From Catajapyx aquilonaris (taxonomy: Eukaryota), in assembly GCA_000934665.2 (NCBI GenBank), contig JYFJ02002965.1, forward strand, positions 1 to 50,412: 50,412 nucleotides of DNA. Direction: 5' to 3'. Position numbers and translations under genes: made by a program. The notes under the pieces are model-generated. The model was given only the letters and a program-made list of their open reading frames with translations. It made no database searches and was not told where the DNA came from. The first letter of the stretch is position 1. Each line of letters opens with the position of its first letter. Positions 33,176 to 44,787 of the stretch are shown here, piece by piece.

Positions 33176-35094
33176 AAGTCTGTTCAACAGTTAAGATTGG
33201 CCCAAAATCTCGATACTGCTGTTTCCAACCAACTGTTCAAAAGTGAATAGAAATCTCCCTGCTCGTCGTGAAACAGGAAAAAAAAAATTGCAGATAGACA
33301 TAACTCAACAGCCCTTTGTATAGCCAGTCAGAACTCATTTTACTGCGTTTCTGAGCAGTATCTTCGAATAACATATCATTATTTTAATAATTTAATGCAT
33401 TTCCTTGAACACGTAATGGTTGTGTAGAGGGCGATCCTCCTTGCCAGTTCATGACGTCATTGCCACCGTGCTAACAAAATGGCGGCAGGTCTTTATGCCA
33501 CATAATTAAAAAATATGTCTTGCGCGACTATTTCCTTTTGCGGACTTGACAGGGAAACTGGATGGACCTTTGGAATATACTCCGCCTATTTTCCTGTTGA
33601 TACGAGCATATGAACAATTTAAAGACTATAATATCATTTGCTGAATTACGCTGACTACATCGCACTTATGCTTTTGACTGCGATACTAATTCATTCGATG
33701 TTATATGGCTAATTCTTGATGTTATACGGTATATAGTCTTGCACTATACACTCAGATAAAGCGTCAAAGTGCAGCAGGGTAACTTTTTGAAATGCAGATA
33801 GAGCGTGGCCTTCTCTATACATCAACACGTCTATTCAATATACAGAGTAGAGATCAATGCTTTATAATGTCACCCAACAAATACTTTATTGCTTCACTCT
33901 CGTTCACTCCTATAACATGAATCAGAAAGAAAGTCTCAACTTTCAAGCAACCCAGCATAGTGCACTTGATATGCACGTATGCTGCAAGTCATAAGTTAAC
34001 TAACCGCAACAGAATAGGCATACTCATTGTCGAATATAATATGACTAATTATTCTCAATTATCATAATGAAACCTGATGTATAATGCTGCAATTTTTCCC
34101 ATGTTTCAATCACAATATATGAGTCGACTATTGAAAAAATAGCATGAACTCACCCAATTTGCTTTTGCCAAGGGATTTCTTTGAAGCGGATTTTTTGTTC
34201 ACGACGTAATTAAGCAATATATTGATGGCATAAATAATGAAGCTTTTTTGTGCAACTGTGACAAAATTAATAAGCAGTTATTTCGAAGCTCAAGCCAAAA
34301 TTACTAATGACGGATGGAGAATTTTGTTCTTTAAGTTTGCAAAAAAAGTGTTCACATTAACAATTAAAGGAGGTGCCCATTTTACACATCCATTCAGCCG
34401 CTCAACCGACAGAAATGCACATTCATCAGGTAGGCCTACATGTTCAGTTGGAAATTCAACTTGGAATTAACGAGTTATTGCGTAGTGATTAAAATTAAGA
34501 GTATTTAAGCGTGACTTTAGTGCCCATAATCTCGGAGTTTGCAATTTAAATTTAAATTCCAAAACATTGCCAGTGTTAACGTATGCAATGCCTATTTGGG
34601 TCACCATTATCTATTGGAAAGGATTCAAGGTTTTTTTTCTGGAAGTTTTTTTTTGCACTACCAACTTGGACTGTGAGGATCCTTTCTGCGTTTTGAACCC
34701 GAATAAGGGCGGATTTTTGGGAAAAAAATTCATGTTTATGAAAATTAAAAGCGCTAACCTTATGTTACTAATTGCCGCGTGCGAGATCAATTTCCGCCTA
34801 ATACAAAGAGAGGCTCACCTGGGCGTCAAATATTACAGCCTTGGCAGGAGTTACAATGCGACTCACTTATCGCAGTTTCAACTGAAAGAGCTACATTTAA
34901 TGAAACTTTAACAAATATTTGCTGAGACTAGCCAATTCTAGCCAATCAGTGATATAGGTTATTGCCTTCTAGGAATGGTGATTATCACGGATTCAGTACT
35001 GTGAAGAATATCATGTTTGCTATTGTTTAGCAAGAAAAACTCTTCATCTTAAAGTCTAACCCGTGTAAACATTGCAGGGGACAACTTCGAAAGG

Positions 35095-35156
<62 letters not shown>
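35095..35156. repeat. (ATT)n microsatellite
   Basis: About 20 perfect units. Confidence 0.97.
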
Positions 35157-35582
35157 GCTTGAACAAGACTCAGGTTGTTCCTAAAGTTGAGCACTGATTT
35201 TTGGATTCGTTAATTTTATTACAAGACACCAAGAAAAAAAAATTACACTTTAGAAGAGTCCTGAGATAGTGATATGACACGGAGGTAATCGCGTGTTAAT
35301 TATAGTTAATTATTATGGTTAGTGTTTTTATTGCGTAGAAAGAAATTCAGTTGGGATAAAATAATAATTGATTTATTGTTTGTAATAGATCGCTGTTCTT
35401 TTACACATACGTACATGGGGAAAGTTGAGAATAAGTCAGAACAACCTGTCAGAAATGTTGGCATTGAAAATTGCCGTTTATTTAGCGCTGTATTCGTACA
35501 TTGCAGGTGAATTTCCATTCTATGCAGTTGATTTCATCCACTTACGGTCAAAATTATAGGCGGGTGGTGTCTGACGTAAGTC

Positions 35583-35636
35583 ATGGAGGTGGACAAAGAA
35601 GACGAAGGCGGACCACCAGATTCGGGAGAGAAATGC

Positions 35637-35670
<34 letters not shown>

Positions 35671-38600
35671 AACAACAGCAACATCAACAGCAACATCAAC
35701 AGCAACATCAACAACAGCAGCATGAGGAGCCGTCCCCTCCTCCACTCCCTCCTCACCCAGGCAGCAGCAGAAGCACTCCCAATCCCGAGGCTTCAAACAT
35801 GGGTGGTCCTCCCCCATCTTCATCGGCGTCAGCATCGCCATCACCGCATGTGATGACACTGACGGTGCAAAGCAGCGACTCCGCTGACGCCCAGCACCAC
35901 GTGGTGACCATTCAAACGGCCCCTCCGCGTCCTCCTTCTGAAAACTCCCCCGGGGCCTCCTACCTGCACCTGAATCCAGTGTCGATGGTGGACATCAGCG
36001 CTGCCCAGGCCCAGCACCACCACCAGCAGGTGCCCACATCCGACTCCTCTCCTTCCATATACTACTCCCCACCACCTGGCCCTCCACACCATTCTTTCTT
36101 GCCACCTTCCTACACCATCAAGCCCGACGCCTTCCCCAGTTACGAAGTCGACCCCGGTTCGTCACACCTATACACCACCCTGCAGCACCACAAGGTCAAC
36201 GACGCTGCCGCAGCTGCCCTCTACTACACCAACAAGGCCCCCGAAGTGACTCTCCACGACAAGTAGGTGCCTTCTCTGGTGTACTGCTGTCAGGGTGTAA
36301 TTGACGTTCCTTTCAGCAGCACGTATTATCACAGCTCGCAGCTAAAGAGCCTGTCTCCCGGTCCGTCGTCGTCGGGGCAGTACCCGCCTGAGGCACCGTC
36401 GTCGCCCACCAGCTACTCGCCTCTGCTGTGCATGCCCGCCTCATCCGCTGCTTCCTACAGAATGCCAGTGAGTTTGTCACAACACCACCACATTGTTGGT
36501 GCCTCGCCAGCCAAGGGAATTGACTTGCACCATCTGCACCACCAGCATCCCCAGCAGCAGCTGTGGGACCCAACCTCCACTCCTCCTCCGCCGACCCTCT
36601 CCGCATCGCCCCCTCTGCCGTCGGCCTCCTCCGCCGGCGCCGGTGCCACCGACGCTGGACTCATCGCTGACTACAACCACCAGTACGCCCCCTGGAGCGT
36701 TTCTGCCACTGCCGCACCGGAATTCGCCCTGTATCCGTTGAACGACAACTCACGTTCCAAGGGAACTCCTGGTACGTACCATCGAGCACCCAGTCGGCTC
36801 TCATATCTTTCAGAAATAATTCGTGTCTTTCGCTGCCATGTACTGTAGCCTACTGATGTATAGAGCCTAACGTTGACGTTATGATAACCTAGTTTTTGCT
36901 GCAGTGGAGGAGTATGTGTATATGGAAGGAAAGGAGTGTGTGAACTGCGGCGCCAGCTCCACCCCTTTGTGGCGCAGGGATGGTACCGGTCACTACCTCT
37001 GCAATGCATGCGGCCTGTACAACCGTATGAACGGATACAACAGGCCACTGCTGCGTAGCCAGCAGAAGCGCGTTTCTGGAACGGTGAGTGCGGTGGGTGT
37101 ACCCTCAATTCTTGAAACAATGGTACTCGTCTGATTTCCCTATACAAACTAGCACTTTTACAATTAGTACAAGTCAAGTACAGATAGGCGGTGTTAACCG
37201 AACTCCTTCCCGTTTGACCAGACCAGCAACCGTCGTACCGGTCTGACCTGCGTCAACTGCCATACTACTACAACCACCCTGTGGCGTCGCAACAATCAAG
37301 GAGAGCCAGTCTGCAATGCTTGCGGGCTGTACTTCAAGCTGCACGGGGTGAGTTACCTCGTTCATGACACGCAAGCCCCTGATATGCTTGGACTGATGTC
37401 TGCCAACCGAGTTTGGGTGTACCAGCATTTTGTTATTCCTTTTTTAAAAATAACTCGCGCTTTATCAGTTTCACAACGTTATGAGCGATTGTCACAAAAG
37501 GCCTATAATACGCGATATCGGATGATAGCATTGTTCAAGAGTTCCATTACTAACGCTATCAGTGAGATTACGTAGACTGAATACTGGCTATGAACTTGTG
37601 GGTTGCATATGCCCCAGGATGAAGTTTAGGTGATCGTCCTGGCAGATTATCACGCGCCTACGTGCGCAGACTTTGAAACGGAGCGTTACAGGCTGCATAT
37701 GTGAGGGATGTGTTGATGGAGGACTAATTACCTTAAAATGGTCGCCAGGTGAGATTGAAAGTTGAGTAGGGTGGATGGGTGGGTGGGTGGGGAGAGAGGG
37801 ATCTAGAAAACAAGGGATGTCACTCGGTGCCGGGCTCCCGGCAGTCTGGGTCCGGCAATCTAAAGTGCGCGTGTGGACAGATAAGCCCAGCAGCAGCCAC
37901 AGGACGTTCCAGTGAGAAGGCAGCAGCAGCCAGAGCCATCAGCCTCCACTCTGCTGCCTTCTATGCGTAGAAGAAGTGTATCTCACTATTTGCCCGGGAG
38001 GTGAATTAGACAGCATGCACGTGGCTCTTGCAGGTGCCCCGCCCGCAGTCCATGAAGAAGGACGGCATACAGACCCGTAAGAGGAAGCCAAAGACGCAGC
38101 AGCAACAGCAACAACAGCAGCAGCAGCACGACAAGCAGACATCAAAGCCGTCGTCTACTGCCACTACCCCTACACGTATGTCACATACATTGTATGACGA
38201 TTTGACTTTGTCCGCGCAATTTCTCTGTGCATGATGGGGCCATGTGGTCTCGGCATGTGGGCGTCAAGAGCACATGCATTTAATCAGACATGTTGGGCGT
38301 GGCTTTCAAATACTTGGCGTTTGTCGACATGGTGATATTTACGCAGGTACGAGGCAATTCGAGAGCTTTTACACCTTGAGTGAGGTGGTGTGAACTACAG
38401 GGTGGTCCGCTGACAGTTACTGTCACTATATTCCGATGGATTCATATAATGTAGGGGAATGCTGATAGTGGCATTGCTGAACAAGCTTACGGTAATGAGC
38501 AGTTGATCTTAGATCTATGCTAACTGCTGCTCATGCTTTTATGTAGGAGGGTTACACCAGTGCCTTTCTACATGGTGTAATATCCCATCAGTCTAATGCC

Positions 38601-39279
38601 GCAATAAGATATCACTCGAAGTGGCAATTTATTTGCATATAAAAATTGCATTTGTGATAGGAAGCTGCTGTACTGTAGTTACTATTGTTAACATTTCCGT
38701 TGACATAAATCATTATACGATATCTAGTTCGTATATTATGTTGAATGATTAAACTTATCGGTAACTGCTCTGATATTGTTCTTGGGGAGCATTGTAATCT
38801 GAATCCTCAGGTGATAATGCCCATAAAGCAGTTTATGCAAAAGCTTTTAGCATACTTGATATCCAGTAAATGAAGGTAATTTTGGTTCGGATGACACTTT
38901 TTCTAAGCGATATGAAATCTGGCACAGGCGTTACCGAAATGTTGAATGTAACTGATAGAAGAGAGAGAGAGAGGGGGGGGGGGAGATTAAAACTGAAACT
39001 ATAGGTGAAGTACATGCACCATAAGCAATATTATACACCGTCGGTATGCTTGAAACATTGGTGAGGCTAACAAACATCAACAAAATCAACAACATTAAAG
39101 TTTAATATTATTTGTTTCATTCTGTTACAGTTACCTGATACATTTTTAGAGCTGACAATTTCCAGCAGCTATTTTAGTGATTCAATCAGAGAATGATATA
39201 GCTCATGCAAGGATTAAAGTCGGTGAATTAAAAGATAATCCCCTAAACGTCCCACGGAGGCCTATATCAAGGGGCCCCC

Positions 39280-39349
<70 letters not shown>

Positions 39350-42300
39350 CATCATCAGAGAATGATAGAAATTAGTGAGTCTACATCACAACTCTCAGTT
39401 TATAATGCTGTATATTATAAGACAGGTGAAACACAAATGAGCAGAGAATGTTGGGAATACACTATATACATTCAAAAAACTATTGTCAAATTAGACAAGG
39501 GGAAAGTGTCCATATTTCGACCATACGCTTAATTCCGACCACCATGCATATGCTATCTCCGTGGTAATGCGTTGCAAATTGCCGGTGACAGTGGTAAAAT
39601 GTCACAAAGACGGAATTGGTGAGCTGGCAGCACTGTTGCGAACATCCGTGCATTGTGCAACCTTTGACACCAGTTTGTTTCTAAGCGCATGGTATAGAGT
39701 GCAGTGCATGATATTATTATGGGCCATCATTTCCCAGCAATTAAGTTATGCTATTCAATAATTTATTTTAGCATATGAATAGCTATGTTGCTGACACTGT
39801 TTATTTGCATTTTTTAAAGTAGCTATATCATACTGCAACTTGTCGACGTGAACCAGCAGCCGTAGAAAGTTGTCATGTTCCTAATTTCGGCTACCTATAC
39901 ATAGGCTGTTTCTAATTTCGGATACCTAAATTAAAATTCCGTACTATCGTGCTCATTTTGACAGTTCCATTTATTTCGCCGCGAAAACTCAAGAAAGAAG
40001 TCACAGAAAATGTTTGCGCATCTGTAGCCTACTACCTGCTGGTAAAACGTTCTCTGTATTGATGAAGTTATTGATCAACGACATAATTTTTTTTCCAAAT
40101 AGGGAAAACGTTACATTTCATCATGCAGATAAACCAGTTTTCATTGTATTGTTATTAATCAAGCATTTTAAAGCATTCACAAATTTAGAACTAATGTTTT
40201 TTACACCTTTCCTCCCATTAAAACGCAGGTTCCGAAATTAGGAATACTTTTTTAACTGAAAAAATGGGTGTCTTCACCTTTTTAATTTTGTGCTTTTTCC
40301 TATATCGTTATATATTTTTAAATTGCATTGCGGGACCTATAGTAGGTAAATGTTCCATGTATTAACATTCATTTTCCTTACATTTCTGCGTTCAGTCATT
40401 TTCTAACATGAGGAAAACAACGTCAGGGTGTCGAAATTTGGACCCCTTACCCTATACATACAGCCGGCGCTTTACAACCAAGCTGTTTCGTAATTTACGT
40501 GCAATGCGTACAGTATAGGCCTACGTCTATCCGTGTGGTAGTACCAAGAAACGCATGGCTGAAGCATTCCTTGAAGAGAGAGCCGGCATACACTATATGA
40601 ATTTCGTGCTAGAGATGGTCGAAAAGATATACGAATTATTTGGGACTTGGATTCATAATGCTAATCTCTCAGATTAAATTTATCAGGATTATAAGTCAAT
40701 TTATTTTTCTAATTCAACACATAAGCCTAAATATGCTTCTTGTTAGATACCACTAGTCTGCCATATGGGTCGTTGCGTTGGAGAATGGAAACCATCAGCA
40801 TGTTTTCTATAACACACATTCATGTTAAATGAAATTTTCCAAGTAATTACATAATGGAACCATAATCGTTACAATCAACTGAGAAAAAATTGCCTTCTAT
40901 TATAATTTTAACAAGAGAGAAAATGTGCATCTTGTTGACGTCCCTGTGCATATGCATATGTCACTCTGGGGGTCCTTGAGAGTCCATCTTTCCGGATAAC
41001 GTCCTTTGATTTTGTTGTTAGAGAATTACTGAAAGGATCATCTGATAATGAGATTAATATTATGGATATTGTAATCTTAAAAGTAAATAGCATCAATCGA
41101 TTTGCATAGATTATCTATATAGGCCATTTACACATGCTAAATGAAGTCTACCCCAGGTTCTCCCATCACTGTGATAGGTTGCAGAAAAAAGCATAATGTA
41201 AATACTGCCGTACATATTTGGTTCTTGTGGCGTGCCTATTATGTGACCCGAGTTATTTCTCTGCAAAGTTGGTAACAATCCAGCTGTTTTGATGCAAACA
41301 CATGAAAAGTGTACTGTACCAGCTAATCTTGCCAAGACCTGTTTTGATGGTCTAGTATTCGTTGTACTTTATTTCAAATCATATGCACCAGTATTTGTAT
41401 ATAGTTTTGTTTGGCTCCCAAAACTTTTGTGAGCCATGCCAGGTTATCTCGTTATCAAGGTTATTAGCTTGCGGACGGGTCTGGGTCAGTGTCTTTGGAT
41501 TACCATTAATGCACCAAGTAATTTGAGTAAGCTTGTAGGCCTGCTGATGTACGAGTTTCCAGTGCAGGTCGATAAAATTTACACAGTAGTTCGCCAGGTC
41601 GGGAATTAGTAATTCTATTCTGAGTGATGCGGAGTTTTATGATAATCATCTAGAGTTCTAGACCTATACTAAAATGGTTACTACTCGTATAATACGAATC
41701 CGACTGAAATAAATCTGACCAGAGGTTAGGCCAAACTTGTGGAATTATAGCAATAGCATAATTGTATTTTTGCTATGTAAAATAATTCAACTTGTTTCAT
41801 ACTATGGTTCACCGTGACACACATCACAATTCAACCTGCCTCAGCTGCGGGGCAAGTTGAATAGCTTGCGGACCTAATGTATACTCGTAGTCGTGTATAA
41901 TTATGTGCTCTATTTCTAGTTAATAATGTGCAGATTGTACTGTCGATGTTAAAATAAAGAAGAGAGCACAAGGATAGGAGAATAATAACAACTGCGCAAA
42001 AATTGAATACAGTAGGAAATAAATTAAAATGCAGAAAATTAATTATTATTCAACCTATATATTCTCTTCCACTCTCCTCAGCAATAACCATTGTGTTCTC
42101 TTGGCATCGCTAAAACTTTGTTGGCACGGCTTTTGTTTTATTAACAAACCATTTCAACTTTCAGGAAAATTTATTGCATTTTATATTGTAGCAAACTTAT
42201 TTTGTTGCTTGTATAGTAAAACGCTATAGAGCTATTGTTTACTGGCGTCCGCGAAACCGAATTCCTGAACTGACTGAAGCTAATGATTGAGCGTGTAAAC

Positions 42301-44076
42301 TAATGAACACGATAAGCTGTGCGTAGCTGATAGATGCTAAAACACCCTGTATATGCCTATATAGATAATTGGTGCATAAAGCATAGCATTTGCACACTAG
42401 GCCTGAGATTTCGTACGTGACTTAACCGTTAAGGTGATGAGTGCATATTTGCTGGGGTGTTCTGCAGATTATACAATTAGCATATGAAGACTTTTTTGTT
42501 TCGGTATTTACCTTTACATACGCGTAAGTGACCTACTACCACCACAGCAGCACAGCTTGTAAAATGTGTACTATTGGTCGTTAGTATAGCGTAGTATATG
42601 CTACGGAGCTATTGCTGATTTATACGCGGATAGTCCTCAGAAAATTTCTCATCCATAATTAGGTATATAACGAAAATAAGAATTCGACATTTTGTAAAAA
42701 CCCTTGGACAAGTGAGCGTTTTGTTTTTTATTAGTTTTCCCCTCATATCTACTTCCATGATGCCACGGGGGTTTTTTTTACGCCTACGCCTCGTTTCTTT
42801 ATCAGGACACCAAGGTTATCATAATGTAGTGGAACCATTAAGAAAAGGTCATTCAAAAACACAAATCACACCTTCATGTTAGAGCTCTCATTTTTCTTCT
42901 TGACTTTGTGTACAGGGCGCCATGATCCATGGCCTGCCACGCATGCACACAATAAAAGCCAACTCACGTCTCCAAGCCATTATTCATTTTTATAGCAATT
43001 ATCCACACTTTTATAATATTAGTTATTGTCCACTTTGGGTTGAAGCACTCTTCCAGGAGTGCATGTATGTAGCTGCCTTCTTTAAAATAATATTTACGAT
43101 CATCCTGAAGGTTGTGAGGGGTCACAATTAAGTGAATCATGCGGATGGGTGAATCTCATGTTTTTGTCGGACTCTCCGACCCTTTGCTGTATACTGATAG
43201 ATATAACTCGCTTCAGGTATGCCACTCTGAAGTCGATTAAGTGACGTCCTGATGCTGAACATAAAAATTAAATATTCGTATAGAAGGAATAATAGTACAT
43301 ATTAGCTATTTGATACTTGACCGTGCCAGCATGTAATGTTGAATGTGGCAGCTGAACACTGTTATATGAAGCTGCAGTTCATGCCGGTGTGTGACCGTAT
43401 AATTAGTGCTGCAGGCCCTAACTCACTTTCTTGTCCCCCAGCAGATTCTGTGAACGAGAGGAGCGTGATATCGGCCCCTAGTGTCCACACCCTTCCACCG
43501 ACGTACGTGATCAAGAGCAGCGACTACCTGACCCAGCAGGCCCATCAGGACCCCCACGCCCAGGTGCACGTGTTGTCCTACGCCGGACCATCCTCCGGGG
43601 TCCAGTCTCCCCTGCTGCCTCACAGCTCGGTCCTCACTAAGCAGATCGCCAGGTCAGTTGTTATTGACAATATATACATATTGCCCCTTTGCATGCTTAC
43701 ACTCCTACTGTGTGTGTCGTCCTGCTGCCACGGTCGCATATCGTGAATTGTGATGTCTGAAGGGCTTATATGCAGGGGATCAATCATGATCCCGTGTTGT
43801 GCGTACGTGATGTGACTTGTTCGGGGATGTGTGCTGGTGTGTTGCTGCTGGTTTCCCTCGGTCGGATGCTTCTGCCGTGTCCGCTTTGGTCAGCTCCGGC
43901 TGGTCCTCCTGCAGACTGGAGCAGCCTCATATCCTCCTTTCGGCAGTGTGGCGCCATCCATCGAACCATCCAGCGCAGCATCCGTCTTGACTTCATCCTC
44001 CGTGGTCACCCAAGCGGACAGGAACCAGCAGCTCTCGTTGGCCGTCGCTCTTCAGCACACCAACATCAGCCACTGA
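35583..44076 (+). CDS. GATAe: Second GATA4/5/6-class factor, GATAe-like, with two zinc fingers and polyQ tracts; about 640 aa
   Basis: Exons 35583-36262, 36317-36771, 36905-37083 (N-finger [26 protein letters not shown]), 37222-37347 (C-finger [33 protein letters not shown]), 38034-38175 ([20 protein letters not shown]), 43442-43652 and 43947-44076 total 1923 nt in phase. The GATAe name rests on tandem position after srp and finger/linker features. Confidence 0.8.
35638..35720 (+). repeat. CAG/CAA coding repeat (polyQ with interspersed H)
   Basis: [28 protein letters not shown] in the first coding exon. A second Q run lies at about 38097-38126. Confidence 0.95.
39280..39356. repeat. (TTA)n(TCA)n microsatellite
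   Basis: About 23 TTA units followed by three ATC units. Confidence 0.97.
39498..40453. mobile_element. Degenerate non-autonomous DNA transposon (pogo-like MITE) in the GATAe intron
   Basis: Left end AGGGGAAAGTGTCCATATTTCGAC matches the inverse of the right end, AGGGTAAGGGGTCCAAATTTCGAC. Subterminal TTYCTAATTTCGG and CCGAAATTAGGAA repeats are present. May be two related elements. Confidence 0.6.
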
Positions 44077-44161
44077 TGCGTCCTCTCCTTACTGTTTGTT
44101 TTTCATAACCCTCTTGTAATACGAACGTAGGCATTGTTTCGCCTTTAAAAAAAACAGCAAC

Positions 44162-44167
44162 AATAAA
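44162..44167 (+). terminator. Candidate polyadenylation signal of the GATAe-like gene
   Basis: AATAAA about 85 nt after the TGA at 44074-44076. Confidence 0.45.
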
Positions 44168-44752
44168 AAACCCCAAAAAACCGGGCTGGAAGTAGCTTTC
44201 CTCCTGAGTGGAACTAATTGGTGAAGGTGCGGTGGAATGCAGGGGACCGGAAGAGTGTAAGTAGCGGGTAGGATGCTTGCAGGTACGACGAAGGCGCCTC
44301 CGAGTCCAAAGTGCTGGCGACGGTGGTGGTGTAGAGAGAGGAGAAGGAGAGGCAGGGCAGGTAGACGGTCCGTTCCGTGTCCCCAGGCGACCTCTTTCCC
44401 GGACATGGAAAAGCAATTAGAAGGAAGAGACAGACGCCCACCCCGACTATATAGGTCCTATACACTACGGGTTGGGTGTGTAAGGGCCGACCTAGGGTTT
44501 CAGGGGGAGAACGTTAAAATGCTCCTGAGATGTTAGGCAACCCCTTTCTCCTTCTGTCCGGGCCTGTTGACTAATGGCCGTAATGCTCTTTGCTTGTTTG
44601 CATCACTCCCGATTCTCTCAGTGTGTGTGTGTTTTTTTCTAGTCATTTTATCCACCACCCCTCACTCGCACTCACATGGATACATACTTTGGACATTTCC
44701 AAACCATGCCATCCCTCATCCCGAACGTCACCTTCAAACCCATCCCACCATC

Positions 44753-44787
44753 GGGGGGGGGGGGGGGNNNGGGGGGGGGGGGGGGGG
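44753..44787. repeat. Poly-G tract containing unresolved bases
   Basis: G15-NNN-G17; true length is uncertain. Confidence 0.9.

Noticed and set aside
35583..36848. Two adjacent in-frame ORFs separated by one TAG, suggesting readthrough or a pseudogene
   Set aside because: The TAG lies in the GT donor of a normal 54-nt intron (36263-36316).
44753..44787. Functional G-quadruplex
   Set aside because: A homopolymer with Ns; its length and context are unreliable.
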